42,272 nt of DNA, taken from a virus (taxonomy: Duplodnaviria > Caudoviricetes). The notes beneath the pieces were generated by a model. It did not search any database. It was not told where the DNA came from and saw only the letters and a program-made list of their open reading frames with translations. Location of the stretch: positions 1-42,272 of IMG/VR virus record IMGVR_UViG_3300025018_000044; one strand, written 5' to 3'. A program made the position numbers and the translations under genes. Of this stretch, positions 38,655 to 42,272 are shown in pieces. Each line of letters begins with the position of its first letter. Position 1 is the stretch's first letter.

Positions 38655-39413
38655 ATGAGTGACGAACAAAGGCGGAAGACTCAAGACTTGCAGGCCGAAC
38701 GCGAACGACTTATCCGCGCAGAGGATAGCCTTGCGGCCGGTCCGCCGCCGAAGCCTGCGCACGTATTCAAGGCGTCGGCCGACCGCGCAGGAAAAACCGC
38801 CGCCGCCGAGCTTGAATATTTACGGTCGCAGCTTGAAACGATGTCGCTCGATTTGGCGGCTTCACGCGAACGGACCAGGGTTGCAGAGACGACCGCGAAG
38901 GAATACGCGCACGCATACCAAAGAACAGAGCAGGAACACGCCGAAAGCCGTCGTCAAGTCGATTCGCTTTGCGATGAGCTTCGCTATCGGGTCGATTGTC
39001 GACATCGCGTCGTCAAGCTTGAACGCGCAGTCCGCGATTGCGAAGCCTGCAACCATGTATTGAACACGCTCGCGACTTTTGCGCCGGAACCGCCTTCGCA
39101 GTGCGTCGACATCGTGACGAAGAAAGTCGCGCAGGACTTCGAAGCCGCGAAGCTCGAAAACGAACGGCTCCGCAAATGTTTGGCCGAAGCCGAACGAATC
39201 GCGAAAGCATGGCGTCAAGATGACAATACCGAATGCGCCGCGTGTGGATATGGCGGCTCTGAGTGGTGGTATCATCAACAACCAGGGGACGGACGCCCGC
39301 GGTGTCAAAATTGCCACGAAGTGAACACGTCAAAAGAACGCGACGACATCGAAGTCGGCGGTATGGCCGAGCGCCTTATCAACACGTTTGGAATCGAACC
39401 GGAGGCCGTATGA
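38655..39413 (+). CDS. Coiled-coil protein with CxxC motifs
   Basis: Leader motif; heptad repeats; CEAC, CAAC and CQNC motifs. Confidence 0.7.
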   Translation: MSDEQRRKTQDLQAERERLIRAEDSLAAGPPPKPAHVFKASADRAGKTAAAELEYLRSQLETMSLDLAASRERTRVAETTAKEYAHAYQRTEQEHAESRRQVDSLCDELRYRVDCRHRVVKLERAVRDCEACNHVLNTLATFAPEPPSQCVDIVTKKVAQDFEAAKLENERLRKCLAEAERIAKAWRQDDNTECAACGYGGSEWWYHQQPGDGRPRCQNCHEVNTSKERDDIEVGGMAERLINTFGIEPEAV

Positions 39414-39646
39414 TTGACAACATGAAGGTTAAAACCGAAACCAGAAACGGGCTTATTTATCGTGTCCTGATACTTACCGAAGCCGGCGAAGAGTGGTTAA
39501 TCGAAGAGTCGAACGACGGACATTTGATGATTTCGCTTCGAAGCGACCGCGACGACGAAGCCGGCCGCGGAAAGAATGTTTTCAAGTCGCTTGAAATGGC
39601 GGCGAGCCGATTCCGGCCGACCGTCAAGCTCCGAGGCGTCCAGTGA
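39410..39646 (+). CDS. Hypothetical protein
   Basis: GGAGG ribosome site, ATGA coupling. Confidence 0.65.
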   Translation: MIDNMKVKTETRNGLIYRVLILTEAGEEWLIEESNDGHLMISLRSDRDDEAGRGKNVFKSLEMAASRFRPTVKLRGVQ

Positions 39647-39813
39647 ACGGCGACCGAGGCGTCGTCTGCGTCACGCGGAAGCCTGGTCAATCGATTGTCG
39701 TCACGCTGGAAGACGGCCGCGAAATCATCATTACGGTTCGCAAGATTCGCGGTAACGATACATCAATCGCAGTCGACGCAGATAAGTCGATTGCAATCCA
39801 AAGGGTCCGATAA
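39643..39813 (+). CDS. csrA: CsrA/RsmA-like translational regulator, 56 aa (not in ORF track)
   Basis: Translates as MNGDRGVVCVTRKPGQSIVVTLEDGREIIITVRKIRGNDTSIAVDADKSIAIQRVR. GAGG ribosome site, GTGA and TAATG coupling at both ends. Confidence 0.8.
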   Translation: MNGDRGVVCVTRKPGQSIVVTLEDGREIIITVRKIRGNDTSIAVDADKSIAIQRVR

Positions 39814-40403
39814 TGAAAGTCTTAATAGCTTGTGAATACTCCGGCGTCGTGCGCGACGCGTTCATTTCAGCGGGCCACGAAGCGTTGTCCTGCGACTTGT
39901 TGCCTACGGCGGCCGGACCGCATTTTCAAGGCGACATCAAAGATTTACTCCGAAACGATTCGGATTGGTCGCTCGTCATCGCGCATCCGCCTTGCACCTA
40001 TTTAAGCTCTTCCGGGCTTCACTGGAACGGACGGATTCCAGGTCGCGCGGAAAAGACGGCCGAAGCGTTGGAATTCATCCGGTTCTTTCTCAACTTTGGA
40101 TTCGAACGCCTTGCGCTTGAAAATCCAATCGGCTGCATTTCTTCGAAGATTCGCAAGCCGAATCAAATTATTCAACCATTTCAATTTGGACACGCCGAAT
40201 CAAAGTCGACTTGTCTTTGGTTGCAGAGCTTACCGTTACTCGTGCCGACGGACGTCATCGCAAAGCCTTTATGTGGGCATTGGGAAAACCAAACGCCAAG
40301 CGGCCAAAACAAGCTACCGCCGAGCAAAGACCGCGCGAAGATTCGGTCGCGGACATACGAAGGAATCGCGGCCGCGATGGCGAATCAATGGGGCGCCTTA
40401 TGA
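39813..40403 (+). CDS. Phage-type DNA cytosine methyltransferase-like protein
   Basis: MKVLIACEYSG, SCDLLP, AHPPCTYL, ENP and RS.TY.GIA.AMA.QWG. Confidence 0.75.
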   Translation: MKVLIACEYSGVVRDAFISAGHEALSCDLLPTAAGPHFQGDIKDLLRNDSDWSLVIAHPPCTYLSSSGLHWNGRIPGRAEKTAEALEFIRFFLNFGFERLALENPIGCISSKIRKPNQIIQPFQFGHAESKSTCLWLQSLPLLVPTDVIAKPLCGHWENQTPSGQNKLPPSKDRAKIRSRTYEGIAAAMANQWGAL

Positions 40404-40669
40404 GCGTCGTCGCGCAATGGAATATTGTCCGGACGAGCTACGAAACCGGACCGTACGTCATAACGGCCGTGTTCGGACCGTGTTCCTGCGGGACTATGTT
40501 TTCGGACGAACCGCGCGAGCCTCACTATCATATGGAATGTGAACGCGCCGATACTGGCGAAGGCGGTTTCGGGCTTAACGGTTATCGTCTGGACGGTACT
40601 TCGGTTTCTTCCGATGACACGCTCGAGCTTGTTGGTTCGGTTGTTGGCCAATTGTCGCTTTTAAGTTGA
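40400..40669 (+). CDS. Hypothetical protein ending in QLSLLS
   Basis: ATGA coupling; its stop lies inside the next -35 box. Confidence 0.6.
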   Translation: MSVVAQWNIVRTSYETGPYVITAVFGPCSCGTMFSDEPREPHYHMECERADTGEGGFGLNGYRLDGTSVSSDDTLELVGSVVGQLSLLS

Positions 40670-40703
40670 CGCGTTAACGTTTCGCAATTAACGTTTGTCT
40701 TGT
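40665..40703 (+). promoter_or_regulatory. Repeated early promoter, copy 3
   Basis: Identity with copy 1 extends to 54 bp (40665-40718 = 23977-24030). Confidence 0.75.
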
Positions 40704-40743
40704 CGCGACGATGAACGTCGTTTCAAAACAACCAGGACACACC

Positions 40744-41052
40744 ATGAACAACCAAGACTTGTTTCACTTGCTTTCGGCGATTCAAGCGCGCGTAGAACTC
40801 TGCGAATTCAGCAAAGCGGCCGAAGCCGCCGGCGCCGACTTGGCCGTCGAAATCGCCGGCGCAATTTCCGCCGACTTCGCCGGAGTACTTCGAAAAAGCC
40901 GGCTTGAATCCGTTCGATATCAAAACGAAAAGCTCGATTTGCTGGTCGCCGAACATCAGGAACGTAACGCCGAAGAGCATATCGAACGGCTCGTTACGCT
41001 TATTGCAGCGCTTGGGCCATGGTCGCCGCTCTTCGGAAATAATCGGAAATGA
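40744..41052 (+). CDS. Hypothetical early protein
   Basis: Leader motif CAGGACACACCATG. Confidence 0.75.
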   Translation: MNNQDLFHLLSAIQARVELCEFSKAAEAAGADLAVEIAGAISADFAGVLRKSRLESVRYQNEKLDLLVAEHQERNAEEHIERLVTLIAALGPWSPLFGNNRK

Positions 41053-41288
41053 ACAACACGCTCAATACCGCAACGCAGGCCGAACAAGACCGCGCGACCC
41101 TGATTTACAAAATGCAAAACGCTTCGGTATGGGATATCGAAGACGTCGTTACCGCCGACGGCCGAACGCTGGACATCGTCCCGAGCGACGGCCGATACTG
41201 GTTCCGCATCGACCTTGTCGTCGTGAAGTCGATTCCGCGCGGTCCGTTCTTTACTGCTTGGCTTCGATTCGTCGAAGAGAACGCGTAA
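41049..41288 (+). CDS. Hypothetical protein
   Basis: ATGA coupling to the previous gene. Confidence 0.65.
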   Translation: MNNTLNTATQAEQDRATLIYKMQNASVWDIEDVVTADGRTLDIVPSDGRYWFRIDLVVVKSIPRGPFFTAWLRFVEENA

Positions 41289-41310
41289 GCCGACCGGCTT
41301 CAACCTACCT

Positions 41311-41347
41311 TCGCCGCGCCGCTTACAAGCCGCGCGGCTTTTTGCGT
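41311..41347 (+). terminator. Intrinsic terminator-like repeat, copy 2
   Basis: 37-bp identity with 24412-24448. Confidence 0.65.
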
Positions 41348-41387
41348 ATCAGAGCGACGATGTCCGTCGCCATCGAAAGGGCGAACC

Positions 41388-41888
41388 ATGATTACTTACG
41401 ACCATCAAAACCGGATTCCGAAAAACGACCATGCGGACATGAATCCGGAAGCCGTCCGACTTCACTGGACGCTCGTCGACATCGTCGAAAAATCGGACGA
41501 CGGAACGCATAACGAACATTTGATGTACGACTTGAATACCGGAACGCATGGCGCGCCGAGCGCCGAATGGTTCGCTCGGTTCGTCGTCTGGCAGGCGTAT
41601 TACAGTCGCGACGAATACGCAGCGCTCGACCCTTCGCGCGACCGTCGTCAATTCCTGGTCGAAGTCGTCGACGTCATCAACGCGCACGAGGTCATTTGGT
41701 CGACGCGTGACATCGACTCCGGCCTTACGAAGACACGTCATTACGTCGCGATTCATCCGGATTCCTTTCGGCCGAAGCAAAGCCGCAGGGTCGTCGATAA
41801 CTTCGACGCAGAGTCCGGCCGGTCGCTTGTCGCGTCGGTAACGTATTCGTTCGACCAGGTTCGGCCGGAGGCGTCATGCGACTTCTAA
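41388..41888 (+). CDS. Hypothetical protein
   Basis: Leader hairpin plus AAGGGCGAACCATG. Confidence 0.7.
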   Translation: MITYDHQNRIPKNDHADMNPEAVRLHWTLVDIVEKSDDGTHNEHLMYDLNTGTHGAPSAEWFARFVVWQAYYSRDEYAALDPSRDRRQFLVEVVDVINAHEVIWSTRDIDSGLTKTRHYVAIHPDSFRPKQSRRVVDNFDAESGRSLVASVTYSFDQVRPEASCDF

Positions 41889-42223
41889 TCAATAGCGGGC
41901 ACGTCGACGGTTTCGCGGCGCCTTGCGTGACGATGTATCAAGTCGCCGGCGGCGTGCTTTACGTTGAACTTCAATCAAGCGCGCGCGCCGTTCGCTCGGC
42001 CGACCGTCCAGAGGCCGACCTGGAATCCGCCGCAAGCGTAAAACTTGTCGTACATGGCGACCCTGTACGCGTTCACGTGTTTTCCGGAACGCTTGCGCAG
42101 TGCAACGCCATCGTGTGGAACGCCGGCCTTACCGACCCGAATGTCGCCGTTTGCATTCATCACGAACGAGGTCACGTTTCCGAGTCGACCTTTCGGAATC
42201 TTACGGGACTGGTCATCGTATGA
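41876..42223 (+). CDS. Hypothetical protein
   Basis: GGAGG ribosome site; overlaps the previous gene. Confidence 0.65.
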   Translation: MRLLINSGHVDGFAAPCVTMYQVAGGVLYVELQSSARAVRSADRPEADLESAASVKLVVHGDPVRVHVFSGTLAQCNAIVWNAGLTDPNVAVCIHHERGHVSESTFRNLTGLVIV

Positions 42224-42272
42224 TTGACGCCGCGCTTGATGCGCTTGCGGCCGAATTCAAGCGCGTTCGCGC

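Noticed and set aside
42146-42272. Physical terminal repeat of the virion DNA
   Set aside because: The length equals a common assembly k-mer and the repeat cuts through genes; it most likely only indicates circularity.

Overview
The window is an apparently complete, circularly permuted genome of a tailed dsDNA phage. Bases 1-127 equal 42146-42272, so the unit length is about 42,145 bp. It looks like a siphovirus: tail tube, frameshifting chaperone and tape measure, with no sheath. All credible genes are on the + strand and I found no integrase. Gene order: head (portal-MuF fusion, protease/scaffold, decoration, capsid), neck, tail, lysis plus a LamG protein, a ParB-methylase split by an in-frame TGA, replication/recombination (ERF, HTH, initiator with iterons, DnaB, RusA, SSB), terminase, then about 10 kb of early accessory genes. 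The most unusual signal is a possible post-transcriptional control system. At least 12 early or replication genes share a leader made of a covarying hairpin with an AUG(A/U)N loop followed by an AGGACAC-ACC-AUG-like ribosome site, while several virion genes use a different GAGGTTTAAA-AUG start. The phage also encodes two CsrA/RsmA-like proteins (one missed by the ORF track), a YhaM-like RNase and an ASCH protein. Other oddities are a D-armless tRNA-like RNA right after the capsid gene, a perfect 42-bp long-range inverted repeat, and near absence of GATC. All product calls come from reading motifs by eye; no searches were run.
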